Translations under genes and position numbers: made by a program
Shown here: piece by piece, positions 9,501 through 17,318 of the stretch
How the letters are laid out: each line of letters begins with the position of its first letter
Numbering within the stretch: the stretch's first letter is position 1
DNA from: Candidatus Hydrogenedentota bacterium
Lineage (GTDB): Bacteria; Hydrogenedentota; Hydrogenedentia; Hydrogenedentales; JAEUWI01
Length of the DNA: 41,641 nucleotides
Assembly (NCBI GenBank): GCA_030432675.1
Contig: JAUIMA010000003.1
Location: forward strand, 1 to 41,641
Reading direction: 5' to 3'
The notes under the pieces: model-generated
The model's input: only the letters and a program-made list of their open reading frames with translations
What the model was told of the DNA's origin: nothing
The model's database searches: none

Positions 9501-10371
9501 GGCCCTGCTTGGTAACGCGCTCATGCAAATTGAACGGGCGGACGGTGGTCTCTTGGATGACGATAACGTGGGCACGTCCGATTGGCGACTGATCACCGAA
9601 GCCGATGGGCGGGTGCGCATCTTTACCGATGACGACAACTTCCTCCCGGTCGGCTCGTTCGGCGCCTTGCTGAAAATCACCTTCACCAACCTGACGGACT
9701 ACGTGGGCGCCTTTGGAACTGGTGCACGGCAACCAGAGTTCTTCCTCAGCATGCGCATGGATAACCGCCCCTACATCTCGCCCCAATCAGAAGGACAACC
9801 GTCCAGCACGAAGTTCTTCCTGTACCCTGGCGGCATTGCCCACGATGGGCGTGCACTTTCCATTGCTCTGGGCGAAAGCGACCTGGCATCCCCCGCGCAG
9901 TTTGTCGAGTTCCTCTCGGAAATCCCCGGCTTTGACCCCGAAGACGAGATCGCGCTCGACACCGACATGGATACCATCCCGAACTTCAATGACCCCGTTC
10001 CTCTGGATGAAGAGTTGCCGGCAAGTCGGGTAACGCCCAATCCCATTGATGTGGATGCGGACGACAACATCTTTACGCTTACGATTCGAAACAACTTGCT
10101 CGATAGTTTCGAATGGAATATCGACACAGCCTCCCTTCCCAGCTGGATTCCGGCGGCCAGTATTCGCTATGGCGCCGGTGCGACCAGCACAACGCAAATA
10201 CGAACCCTGCTGGCTCCGGGTGAGACCGAGGCCGTTCAATTCAGCGTCGACCGGACGGGCCTAACACCGGGTACGGCAATCACCGACTCCGTAGTATTCA
10301 ATATTACCAACAGTGAGTACGCCTTCATCGTACCGGAAAGTGTGTCAGTAACGATGGAGATAGCGCCATGA
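6550..10371 (+). CDS. Large surface lipoprotein with BACON-like Ig repeats and a vWA domain
   Basis: 1273 aa; lipobox ISG-C(P). Repeats of the form DFG...N.G...L.W...WL. MIDAS DFTGS (~8257) and ITDG; TSP3-like DTDMDTIPNFND near the C-terminus. Confidence 0.85.
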   Translation: MAEWKSRVGQLALLLAATIISGCPVSVVTAPQLNASPAATDFGTTQTTRDLALENTGGGTLEWTAQEVTRVDVDSPWVAADVPWLTLSVASGAITTDLDHITLMASRTGLSSGLYTNTGVQITSNGGTVTVPVSLTVEAQLQVTPQRLALSATETSGTFSVVNNGTTPLSWTISYLTDPNDRNSTGTLPSGFTVNPASGTNQSLASTSINVTFPAGTDDFALLVDSASGQEVVTFSVGSALTQLLVSPTTLTLSIASNSETTTEQPASTLRLENVGNLPVSWTIDLSERINPNASPPLSADPILGTTQIGSTSEIAVRVTDPDTIIQGDGIYELAVRVGDSFQTVPIIVDVLPLPEITLALPPETEFLQPPVVETDLLDFGDDLVQDQFFVVNTGSRDSELFFQVTYDEQGQDNALIAAITPLRGNTNGSDRDYYLFDQQVYTDGVPVSVTINRNNLVEDLETRLITVRAFESNNFVSQLTAVAEKTIEIRVAKPPYTITGATNRARAPSMLRFVFSNRDELGQVIPLQSEADRERVAYEIFENEIALDLNETSQFLTFDYRGNVVLILDFTGSMYNAGTTGPNPLQPGDAVALMREAAKAFIDDLPPNFNLQIMYHTDRVPEERIIQRFTNDRTQLKDALDRFTVSPALFGDSDIVETLEMAIDSLVAEDPAGTLPFDDADVRAVVFITDGKETVSGNTVTGVDGLAEESRTRLYPVAYSPNGDPAPLADLIVSAESSGGYLYTAGSVRNLSTVFGTRSSMEVLATTSAIPNTAAFTIRNVGTSAFTYEITPDDSPWLGTVSLPEGNVNGGASQAITLTLDPTGIDANTRLRATVNVIASNGDEAEVVVHFLTTNAAATNIETTVRDETGTIWEELNNQSVLTYTTPKEVDFQYLLSGTYRLPDDTIIEGPFQRNAVFTLGDPRIGQVSLRSAGIVEDLSTVDPEQRFRAEVYVYADYVPRNIRSFSFRFMPQAATDLSAANQALLGNALMQIERADGGLLDDDNVGTSDWRLITEADGRVRIFTDDDNFLPVGSFGALLKITFTNLTDYVGAFGTGARQPEFFLSMRMDNRPYISPQSEGQPSSTKFFLYPGGIAHDGRALSIALGESDLASPAQFVEFLSEIPGFDPEDEIALDTDMDTIPNFNDPVPLDEELPASRVTPNPIDVDADDNIFTLTIRNNLLDSFEWNIDTASLPSWIPAASIRYGAGATSTTQIRTLLAPGETEAVQFSVDRTGLTPGTAITDSVVFNITNSEYAFIVPESVSVTMEIAP

Positions 10372-10448
10372 GGGTGAGACGAGTCTTAGAACGGAAGAGC
10401 AGTCTGATGGCGGCACGATTGAGTCAACGTGATGATAAGGAGTATGGA

Positions 10449-13400
10449 ATGCTACGCACAGCGCGCTGCATAAGCTTGATGGGTCTATTGCTGACCATCG
10501 TCACCCTGACTGGCTGCCCCACAGCAACCACACCGGGCCTGTCTGTCACGCCGCTTGCGTTAAATTTCGGGGCGGGCGAAACATCAAAGACGATTCGGGT
10601 CCAGAATTCCGGAGGCGGCACCCTGACGTGGGCGGCCGAAGTATCCGAGAATGCGCCTTGGCTGACCCTCGAGGTCGCCAAATCCACCAAACAGGCGGGT
10701 ATGGTTGAAGGGGAAACGACCTCCGAAGTAGACGTCGTCACCCTGCTACTCAATCGGACCATACTGGACCAATCCTCGTCACGCAACGCCACGGTTACGA
10801 TCACATCCAACGCGGGTAATCAGACCGTCAGTGTGGGTGTCTCCGAGTCCGGACCGGCCCAACTTACGATAGCTCCGACATCCCTGGCCTTTGGCACCAC
10901 AGCCACCTCCATGGACGTGGCTATCAGTAACTCGGGCTCCGAAGGCCTGGACTGGGTGCTGGGCGTTCCCGATGATGCCCCTTGGCTGAGCGCATCCCGC
11001 ACCAGCAATTCTGGCGTCATTGGCACCACCGTAGATTCTGTAACACTGACGGTTGATCGGACTGGTCTTCCAGGCGGGGACTACGAGGCCACCGTGACTG
11101 TCGCATCGAATGGCGGTACGGGCGAAATTCTTGTGACGGCAAGCGTACCTCCCCTTGTTGTCTCTACCGCAGAAATCGACTTCGGGAGCCGACTTGCCGG
11201 CGCATCCCGCTTTGTCAATATATCGAACCCCTCCGAAACGGTTGCGGGCCTCCAAATCACGGCCAGCGTCCAGGGAGCCGCCACTGAATGGCTGAGCCTC
11301 GGCGAAAACCTCACGGTGCTCGACCCACGGACGACCGGCACCATTCGTGTGGATGCCGATCCGGACGGATTGGCCCCCGGCACCTACACCGGAACGGTTA
11401 CCGTTTCCTCGGCCAACCTCAATTTCACCCATCTTATTACAGTCCGCCTGGAAGTACCTGGGCTCTCCGTGACACCCGACGCGATTGCCTTCGGTGAAAT
11501 TACCGAGCTTCAACAGCGGGACTTCACCTTGGAAAACCTTACGGGTGCGCCGCTCTCCTACAGCATCGCCATTCCCGAGAGCGCGCCCTGGGTGCTCCTC
11601 TCCTCCACTTCCGGAACGGTGAGCACCACGACGACCATCCAGCTGAGCGCAGACCCCGATCGCATTGGTGCAGGAAGTCATGAAGCCGAACTCGCTATCA
11701 CCTTTGGCGACGATGGCAATGCGCCGACACAAACCCTGACGGTAACGATGAGCCGTCCCGAACCCGCGCGCCTGGAAGCCTCGCCCAAGTCTATACTCTT
11801 CGGCACGGCACTCCTGGAACGTCGGGTGGCGCTGTGGAATGTAGGCATCGGATCGGTCAATTGGACTATCGACGCCTCCGGATTTCCCGCCTGGCTCTCC
11901 TTGGATGTGGTGCCCGGCTCGGGAACACTTGCGGGTGGCGTAGCCAATGGCACCGTAGCTGGAGAAGAGACGGACGAAGTAATCCTGCGCGTTGACCGCA
12001 GCATGGCTCCATCCGGTCAATTCGAATTCACCCATACCTTCAACGCCGTTGCATCGGGCGACTACGATAACGTGGTACCAATCACGTTGTCCATGTCCAT
12101 TGCCCGGGTTCCCGTATTCGTGCTGGAAGCTGACGATGTGGATGACCGTGGTATCAGCACCCTGGCGGTCCCCGTGACGGAAGACACGCTTACCTTCGTG
12201 GTTCGTAATGAGGGCACGGGCCCCCTCAATTGGGGCTTCAACAATCTGCCCAGCTGGATTTCTTCCCTGGAGCCCTCCCAAGGCACGCTCCAGCCCAACG
12301 TGCAGCAAACTGTTACCTTGACGGTTAATCGCAGCGGTCTGGTCACACCCGGTGCCCAGGCATTCCTGGAAATCACGACGAATGACCCTGCAAACGAATT
12401 GGTCTTCCTCGACGTGGCCGTGGCCGTACCCCCCGTGATTTTGATCACCACCGACCGGCCCAGTCTTGGCTTTGCCGACGATGAAGCAGCCACGACCATT
12501 GGCATTGCCAATAATGGCGATGCAGGCACGTTGCTGAATTACCAGGTCGTAACCAATCAGGATTGGCTGTCCATTGCCCCCTCCAACGGGGTCAGTGAGG
12601 GCACCTCCTCCCCCATCAAAGACTTCCAGGAACACAGCGTGACCGTAGATCGGTCACGCTTGGACGGCGCTGGCGCGTCGGCACGGCTCATCATCTCTGC
12701 GTTCATCGTGGAAGACGGCATGGCTGTTCCTGACCCCACCGTGCCCCCCTTGGAAGTAACCGTTACGGTGGAAGCAGCCCCCCTTACCATCGAATCCGCA
12801 CTGCCACGCAAACGCGTTCCGTCTCTGTTGCGCAATGTGCTCAGCCTGCGGAATATCCGCTCCGAGTCCATTCCGATTCCGAACAGTCGTTTGCAGCAAG
12901 TGGGTGATCTCTTCCGAATCTCTGAAACCGAAGTACCCCTGGAACTGACCGAATCAAATCAGTTCCTCAAGAAGGACTACTCCGCCAACGTACTCATCAT
13001 GCTCGACTTTTCCGGCAGTATGTTGGATTCGGCGGAAGAGGCCGTGGAAGATGGTCAGCTGGGCGATCCGGCGGCCCTTACCGAAGATGCCCTCAAGAGT
13101 GTCTATGCCCAATGCATTGGTGACCTGATTGACGAGATGCCCGATCACTTCCGCGTCGGTCTGAGCGTCTTCAATGATCGCCCCACTCCGGACAGCGGTG
13201 CCGTGCGGGTCATCAATCCTGCCGACGGTGAAGGCGCCTTCACCCGCGACAAAAACATCCTGAACACGCGCTTCACCCAACTCGTAGTCAATGACAACGG
13301 CGCCACCGAGCTACTCCCCGCCATCCAGGCGGGTGCGAGCCGACTGGTTCGTGAAGACACAAACAGCAATCTCCGCCCCTTCGATGATGCCGACGTTAAA

Positions 13401-15083
13401 GCGCTAATCGTCATCACCGACGGACGTGACACCAGTTTGGAACGTGTCACCGAGACAGCCAACGCCATCGTGGCGCAGGGCGTCCGCCTCTTCATCGTGG
13501 GTTGGGGTGCCAAAGTGGAAGCGGATCCAATCATTCGTCTGACCACGACCACGGGTGGCCACTACTACTCGACACCAGCGCGGGATACGGGCGTCCAGGA
13601 TGCCTTCGGCGTGCCCATCCGTGTCCCAGAAGTAGCTCAGCTTGCCGATTGGTGCAGCTTGGACCCGGCCGACGAATGTGACGAGTCCATACCCAACGAC
13701 TTGGCATCCCAGGTGATTCTCAGCTACACCACGCTGAACGCTCAGCCGAGCGTGGTCGTAACGGCGGATCTCACTTTCAACGACCCGAACGACCAGAACT
13801 CTATCTGCCTTCCCGAACAGGGCGAAATCACCAGCAGTGTGGAATACCGGCAACAGGACTTCCTCGCGATACAAGGTGACGTACGAATGGGGCAGGCATC
13901 GATTCGCACGGAGGGTGTCTCCAATGGCGACGCCACACTTATCGTTCGGGCGGATTATGTCCCCCGCAACATCACCCAACTCACCTTTGAGCTTACGGTG
14001 AACAGTTTAGAAAACCCCACTGTCACCGTGGACACTGTGAATCAGATCGCCGGTGGCCTCATTTCTAACTGGACGCAATCGCAGGCAGGTAACTTCTTTA
14101 CGTTTACCTCCCCCGACGGTGAGCCCATCCGCTTCTCAGATTTCGGTGACCTTATCGAAATCACCGTTTCGGGTGTTACCCAGGCCTTTGATGTGGATTT
14201 TGAAATCACCGATCCGGTCTATATGTCCGACAACTTTGAAACCAAGTATTTCACCCACCCCACCGGTATCACCGTGGGCGGCAGTGAATTTCTGGCGACG
14301 TCGTTCCCCTCCCCCTTCTTCGACTCTCGTCCCGGCCCCTTGGATGTGGATGGTGAATTCATCGTCGTCGCGGACGCTGATACGGACCAGGTGGAAATCG
14401 ATGTCTTCAACCTTGGTGGCTCCCACGTGGCACCGGGCTCGGTAGCCGATATCGTAACCGGTGAGTTTAATCCGGAAGGTCTCGTCAACGTTGGGTTGTT
14501 CTGGGAGGCTATCGTAGGTGCCTCCGACAACTTCCTTACCTTTGAGGATGACACCCAGACGACGGGATTCGTAACGGATTACATGACACCTTCCACCATG
14601 TTTGTTAATCTCAACCGGGCTGTAACGCCTCCCGGAGAACGGGAAGGAGAGATTTCGGTCACCTACGGTTCCGGCTCGGTAAACAACACCGGCACCTTGG
14701 ATCCCATCATCATCCGCTATACCGTCGAGCTCCCTGAGTTTGATATCGATATCTACAATGACGACACCGACCAGTTTGAAGACCTGCCGGGCCTCTTTAT
14801 CAATTTTGAGGCCACACCGGACGCGCAAGACATCCGCATCACCAATGTGGGTCAAAGCACGTTGCAGTGGGAAGTGGACCCCGACAGCCTTCCCGCCTGG
14901 GTGGTACTCAGCAGTCTGGTGGGCGCTCCTGGTCCGGATCAGAGCGATATCATCACCATCAGTATCAATCGGGCCAGCCTTCCAGAGGGTAATCAGTTTG
15001 CGGATATCGTATTTACGGCAGACTTTACCGACCCCATCACCTTGACCATCAGTGCCGAAGGCCTTCCCCCCGGCGCAAAATAG
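10449..15083 (+). CDS. Large surface lipoprotein with BACON-like Ig repeats and a vWA domain (paralog of the upstream gene)
   Basis: TAAGGAG precedes ATG 10449, placing lipobox LTG-C(P) at residue 23 (alternative start 10368 overlaps the upstream stop). About 6 N-terminal BACON-like repeats; MIDAS DFSGS (~13005) and ITDG. Confidence 0.85.
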   Translation: MLRTARCISLMGLLLTIVTLTGCPTATTPGLSVTPLALNFGAGETSKTIRVQNSGGGTLTWAAEVSENAPWLTLEVAKSTKQAGMVEGETTSEVDVVTLLLNRTILDQSSSRNATVTITSNAGNQTVSVGVSESGPAQLTIAPTSLAFGTTATSMDVAISNSGSEGLDWVLGVPDDAPWLSASRTSNSGVIGTTVDSVTLTVDRTGLPGGDYEATVTVASNGGTGEILVTASVPPLVVSTAEIDFGSRLAGASRFVNISNPSETVAGLQITASVQGAATEWLSLGENLTVLDPRTTGTIRVDADPDGLAPGTYTGTVTVSSANLNFTHLITVRLEVPGLSVTPDAIAFGEITELQQRDFTLENLTGAPLSYSIAIPESAPWVLLSSTSGTVSTTTTIQLSADPDRIGAGSHEAELAITFGDDGNAPTQTLTVTMSRPEPARLEASPKSILFGTALLERRVALWNVGIGSVNWTIDASGFPAWLSLDVVPGSGTLAGGVANGTVAGEETDEVILRVDRSMAPSGQFEFTHTFNAVASGDYDNVVPITLSMSIARVPVFVLEADDVDDRGISTLAVPVTEDTLTFVVRNEGTGPLNWGFNNLPSWISSLEPSQGTLQPNVQQTVTLTVNRSGLVTPGAQAFLEITTNDPANELVFLDVAVAVPPVILITTDRPSLGFADDEAATTIGIANNGDAGTLLNYQVVTNQDWLSIAPSNGVSEGTSSPIKDFQEHSVTVDRSRLDGAGASARLIISAFIVEDGMAVPDPTVPPLEVTVTVEAAPLTIESALPRKRVPSLLRNVLSLRNIRSESIPIPNSRLQQVGDLFRISETEVPLELTESNQFLKKDYSANVLIMLDFSGSMLDSAEEAVEDGQLGDPAALTEDALKSVYAQCIGDLIDEMPDHFRVGLSVFNDRPTPDSGAVRVINPADGEGAFTRDKNILNTRFTQLVVNDNGATELLPAIQAGASRLVREDTNSNLRPFDDADVKALIVITDGRDTSLERVTETANAIVAQGVRLFIVGWGAKVEADPIIRLTTTTGGHYYSTPARDTGVQDAFGVPIRVPEVAQLADWCSLDPADECDESIPNDLASQVILSYTTLNAQPSVVVTADLTFNDPNDQNSICLPEQGEITSSVEYRQQDFLAIQGDVRMGQASIRTEGVSNGDATLIVRADYVPRNITQLTFELTVNSLENPTVTVDTVNQIAGGLISNWTQSQAGNFFTFTSPDGEPIRFSDFGDLIEITVSGVTQAFDVDFEITDPVYMSDNFETKYFTHPTGITVGGSEFLATSFPSPFFDSRPGPLDVDGEFIVVADADTDQVEIDVFNLGGSHVAPGSVADIVTGEFNPEGLVNVGLFWEAIVGASDNFLTFEDDTQTTGFVTDYMTPSTMFVNLNRAVTPPGEREGEISVTYGSGSVNNTGTLDPIIIRYTVELPEFDIDIYNDDTDQFEDLPGLFINFEATPDAQDIRITNVGQSTLQWEVDPDSLPAWVVLSSLVGAPGPDQSDIITISINRASLPEGNQFADIVFTADFTDPITLTISAEGLPPGAK

Positions 15084-15106
15084 CGTCATTCGAGCTCCCC
15101 TCGCGC

Positions 15107-15144
15107 ATGCCGCCCTCCTGAATTCTGGAGGGCGGCATTTTTTT
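15107..15144 (+). terminator. Rho-independent terminator
   Basis: 12-bp stem ATGCCGCCCTCC / GGAGGGCGGCAT followed by a T-run, 23 nt after the stop codon. Confidence 0.9.
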
Positions 15145-15229
15145 CTTCGGGCTAAGTTGTCAGATAACACGGATTCTGAGTTATAATACGGCCCGTCTGA
15201 ATCCCAAACTAATCTCCTCATAACTGAAG

Positions 15230-15484
15230 GTGCCCGATGTGAATCCAATCATTCTAAACCTGGTCGTCGCGGTCGGTGCCCTGGTACTCATTTTCGGTGT
15301 CTGGATTGGCGTTCACCTGCTTGCACGATTTCGAATGGGGGTTCGCCAGATTGGATGCCGAGGGCCTATGACCGATGATTTCGGTAACGAAGTATGCTGC
15401 CACACCGGCGAGCCGTGTACCGGCGACACCACGTGCAGCACCGACGACGAGGCCCCCGCTGCCCCGTGTCAGGAAAAGCACTGA
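15230..15484 (+). CDS. Small single-TM protein with a Cys-rich C-terminus
   Basis: TM segment IILNLVVAVGALVLIFGVWIGV, then 6 Cys (GC, VCC, PC, TC, PC). GTG start at 15230 or 15239; TATAAT at 15182. Confidence 0.7.
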   Translation: MPDVNPIILNLVVAVGALVLIFGVWIGVHLLARFRMGVRQIGCRGPMTDDFGNEVCCHTGEPCTGDTTCSTDDEAPAAPCQEKH

Positions 15485-15552
15485 CTATCTGTAACGATTG
15501 CTGGTCCCCCCTGCGGGATCATTGATGAGACCATGAGAAAGGAATGGCGCTG

Positions 15553-15885
15553 ATGCCACTCAAGTATTACTGCCCGAAATGTAGCAAACGTTTTGTGGAC
15601 TGGGGTGCGGAAAAGCTCGCTTTTAAATGCCCTGATTGCGACGGCGAGACCCTCTACCGCGTCGGCACACAGCCGGAAGGAGAAGATGGCAAACCGTCGC
15701 TTTCCAAGACCGCTGCAAAACGCAAGACCAAAGCGAAGGCCAAAGCAAAGCCAAAGGCCAAGGCGAAAGCCAAAGCGAAGGCGGATGACGTGGTCATTAC
15801 AGATGATGATTCGTCGCTGGACGTTCCTGATCTCGATAGCGTAGACGAGGTAGTCGACACCGACGTCGCCACCGACGACGACTGA
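15553..15885 (+). CDS. Zinc-ribbon protein with Lys/Ala-rich linker and acidic tail (FYDLN_acid-like layout)
   Basis: CPKC..RFVDW...CPDC, then KTKAKAKAKPKAKAKAKAKA and a D/V-rich tail. RBS AAAGGAA; alternative start 15544. Confidence 0.8.
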   Translation: MPLKYYCPKCSKRFVDWGAEKLAFKCPDCDGETLYRVGTQPEGEDGKPSLSKTAAKRKTKAKAKAKPKAKAKAKAKADDVVITDDDSSLDVPDLDSVDEVVDTDVATDDD

Positions 15886-15958
15886 TCAGAAATCCAAAAG
15901 TCGAGCGCCTGATGTGTGTATCGGTCGAAAATTCGGCCGACGTCACGCCGGGCGATTC

Positions 15959-15997
15959 CCCCTCAATGATGCCCTTTGGCACATTGAGGGGTCTTTT
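15959..15997 (+). terminator. Hairpin terminator between convergent genes
   Basis: Stem CCCCTCAATG...CATTGAGGGG with inner TGCC/GGCA pairing, followed by TCTTTT. Confidence 0.7.
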
Positions 15998-16655
15998 ATC
16001 TTACGTCCGGAGCGTCGGGACGTAACGAAACCCGCACTTCGTCAAATTGAATTTCGACCCGAAGCCAAGGTGCCGTTTCCGTCAGATAGTGCCCGAGAAA
16101 GTCCTCCAGGCTTTGCTCCGGACTCATGATCAGTGACACCCCCCGTTTGGCGGATGGCAAGGAACGAACCCCTTCACCGATCACAATGTTAATCTGGTGT
16201 TCCGACGCGACCCCCTCCAGCAACGTCACGATATCGTGTTCCCGGTAAATTTGGATGCGGGTGCTCACCGAGGCCGCCAGCTCCTTCGAAAAGCTGGGAC
16301 TCATCTTATGGGCCGGGAGCAGCTCCGGTGCGGAAGAATCACGCACCGCACTGCTCGAGACCTTATCTGCGGCAAGGCTCCCATCGTCAGGCGCGTAAAT
16401 TACCTCGACAACCTGACGGGCCGGCAAAATAAGGGGTTCCTCGCCCGGCACCACCTCCACCCGCACATCGATTACGGTCTCGCTCAATACTTTCAGGCCC
16501 CGCAGAGAAAGGCCGGAACGTAATAGAATGTGGTCGCCTCTTGACACAGCACTGCCCTGCACGCTGGTGGGAGAAGAAGGCTGGTTGGATTGGGCGGCCT
16601 CTTCCCCGTACGCATGCGCAGCACATGCCAGTAGGATTGCCAATACGGTCCGCAT
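15996..16655 (-). CDS. Secreted hypothetical protein; C-terminal region resembles secretin/TonB N-terminal (STN)-type domains
   Basis: Signal peptide MRTVLAILLACAAHAYG; GAGGTG 9 nt before ATG 16655. The C-terminal DIVTLLEGVASEHQINIVI...SLEDFL pattern is only weakly STN-like. Confidence 0.7.
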   Translation of the reverse strand: MRTVLAILLACAAHAYGEEAAQSNQPSSPTSVQGSAVSRGDHILLRSGLSLRGLKVLSETVIDVRVEVVPGEEPLILPARQVVEVIYAPDDGSLAADKVSSSAVRDSSAPELLPAHKMSPSFSKELAASVSTRIQIYREHDIVTLLEGVASEHQINIVIGEGVRSLPSAKRGVSLIMSPEQSLEDFLGHYLTETAPWLRVEIQFDEVRVSLRPDAPDVR

Positions 16656-16684
16656 TTGTCGATACACCTCAGTTCCAGCATCTC

Positions 16685-16751
16685 ATTCTAAGAGAGCGGC
16701 ACACAGGTGTCAAACGGCCTCCTTGTAAACAGCAACCGTTCCCCCTACAAT
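16685..16751. promoter_or_regulatory. Back-to-back divergent sigma70 promoters
   Basis: Minus strand: TTGACA (16713-16708)-N17-TAGAAT (16690-16685). Plus strand: TTGTAA (16723-16728)-N17-TACAAT (16746-16751). Confidence 0.7.
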
Positions 16752-16812
16752 AAACAGAGCAAAGGGCGTTTCCCGGCACGTGTCACATGGGTCCTTTGCA
16801 CGGGAGGCCTGG

Positions 16813-17181
16813 ATGGCAACGATACTGATAGCAACAATGGACAGCACGGACTATGCCACGCTCGCAGCAGAAATCGAGGGAGAAGGCTACGACGTGCTGT
16901 GGGCCAGCGATGGACAGGAAGCCGTTGAACTCACCTTGGAACACCGTCCGGCCATCGCCTTCATAGACAGCAGCCTGGCCCTCTTCAACGGCTTCGAGGT
17001 TGCCGAAATACTTCGGGGCGACCCGGAAGTTCCGAGAGATATGCCGCTCCTGTTGTTCAGCGACGAAGCCGTTGAGCCACACCGCTTCGATGCGGTCGGT
17101 TTCACTGCGCAGTTCCATAAGACGCACTCCCACGAATCCGTGCGGGAACTATTGAGTGCTCTGGCCTACCAGGCCGGTTAG
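16813..17181 (+). CDS. Stand-alone response regulator receiver domain (CheY-like, atypical acidic pocket)
   Basis: GGGAGG RBS. GYDV..ASDGQEA, phosphoacceptor AFID, NGFEV, conserved Lys (FHKT). The beta1 acidic pair is replaced by T-M-D. Confidence 0.88.
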   Translation: MATILIATMDSTDYATLAAEIEGEGYDVLWASDGQEAVELTLEHRPAIAFIDSSLALFNGFEVAEILRGDPEVPRDMPLLLFSDEAVEPHRFDAVGFTAQFHKTHSHESVRELLSALAYQAG

Positions 17182-17318
17182 CGTACAGTCTTGCGAACAA
17201 GAGCACGTCTGTCCGCGTATTGAGGCGGATTTTCAGCGTCAAGCAGAATTTATGATTCCGCTGCCCAAATCTAGTCGCTCGCGGGCTATGGCCGTCGGGA
17301 GCGTGCTGCTTGAGTGGC

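Noticed and set aside
10779-15248. Long minus-strand ORFs (618 aa, 370 aa and others)
   Set aside because: Antisense to the lipoprotein gene; no motifs or RBS.
17182-17318. Possible sRNA between convergent genes
   Set aside because: No convincing promoter, terminator or recognisable RNA motif.
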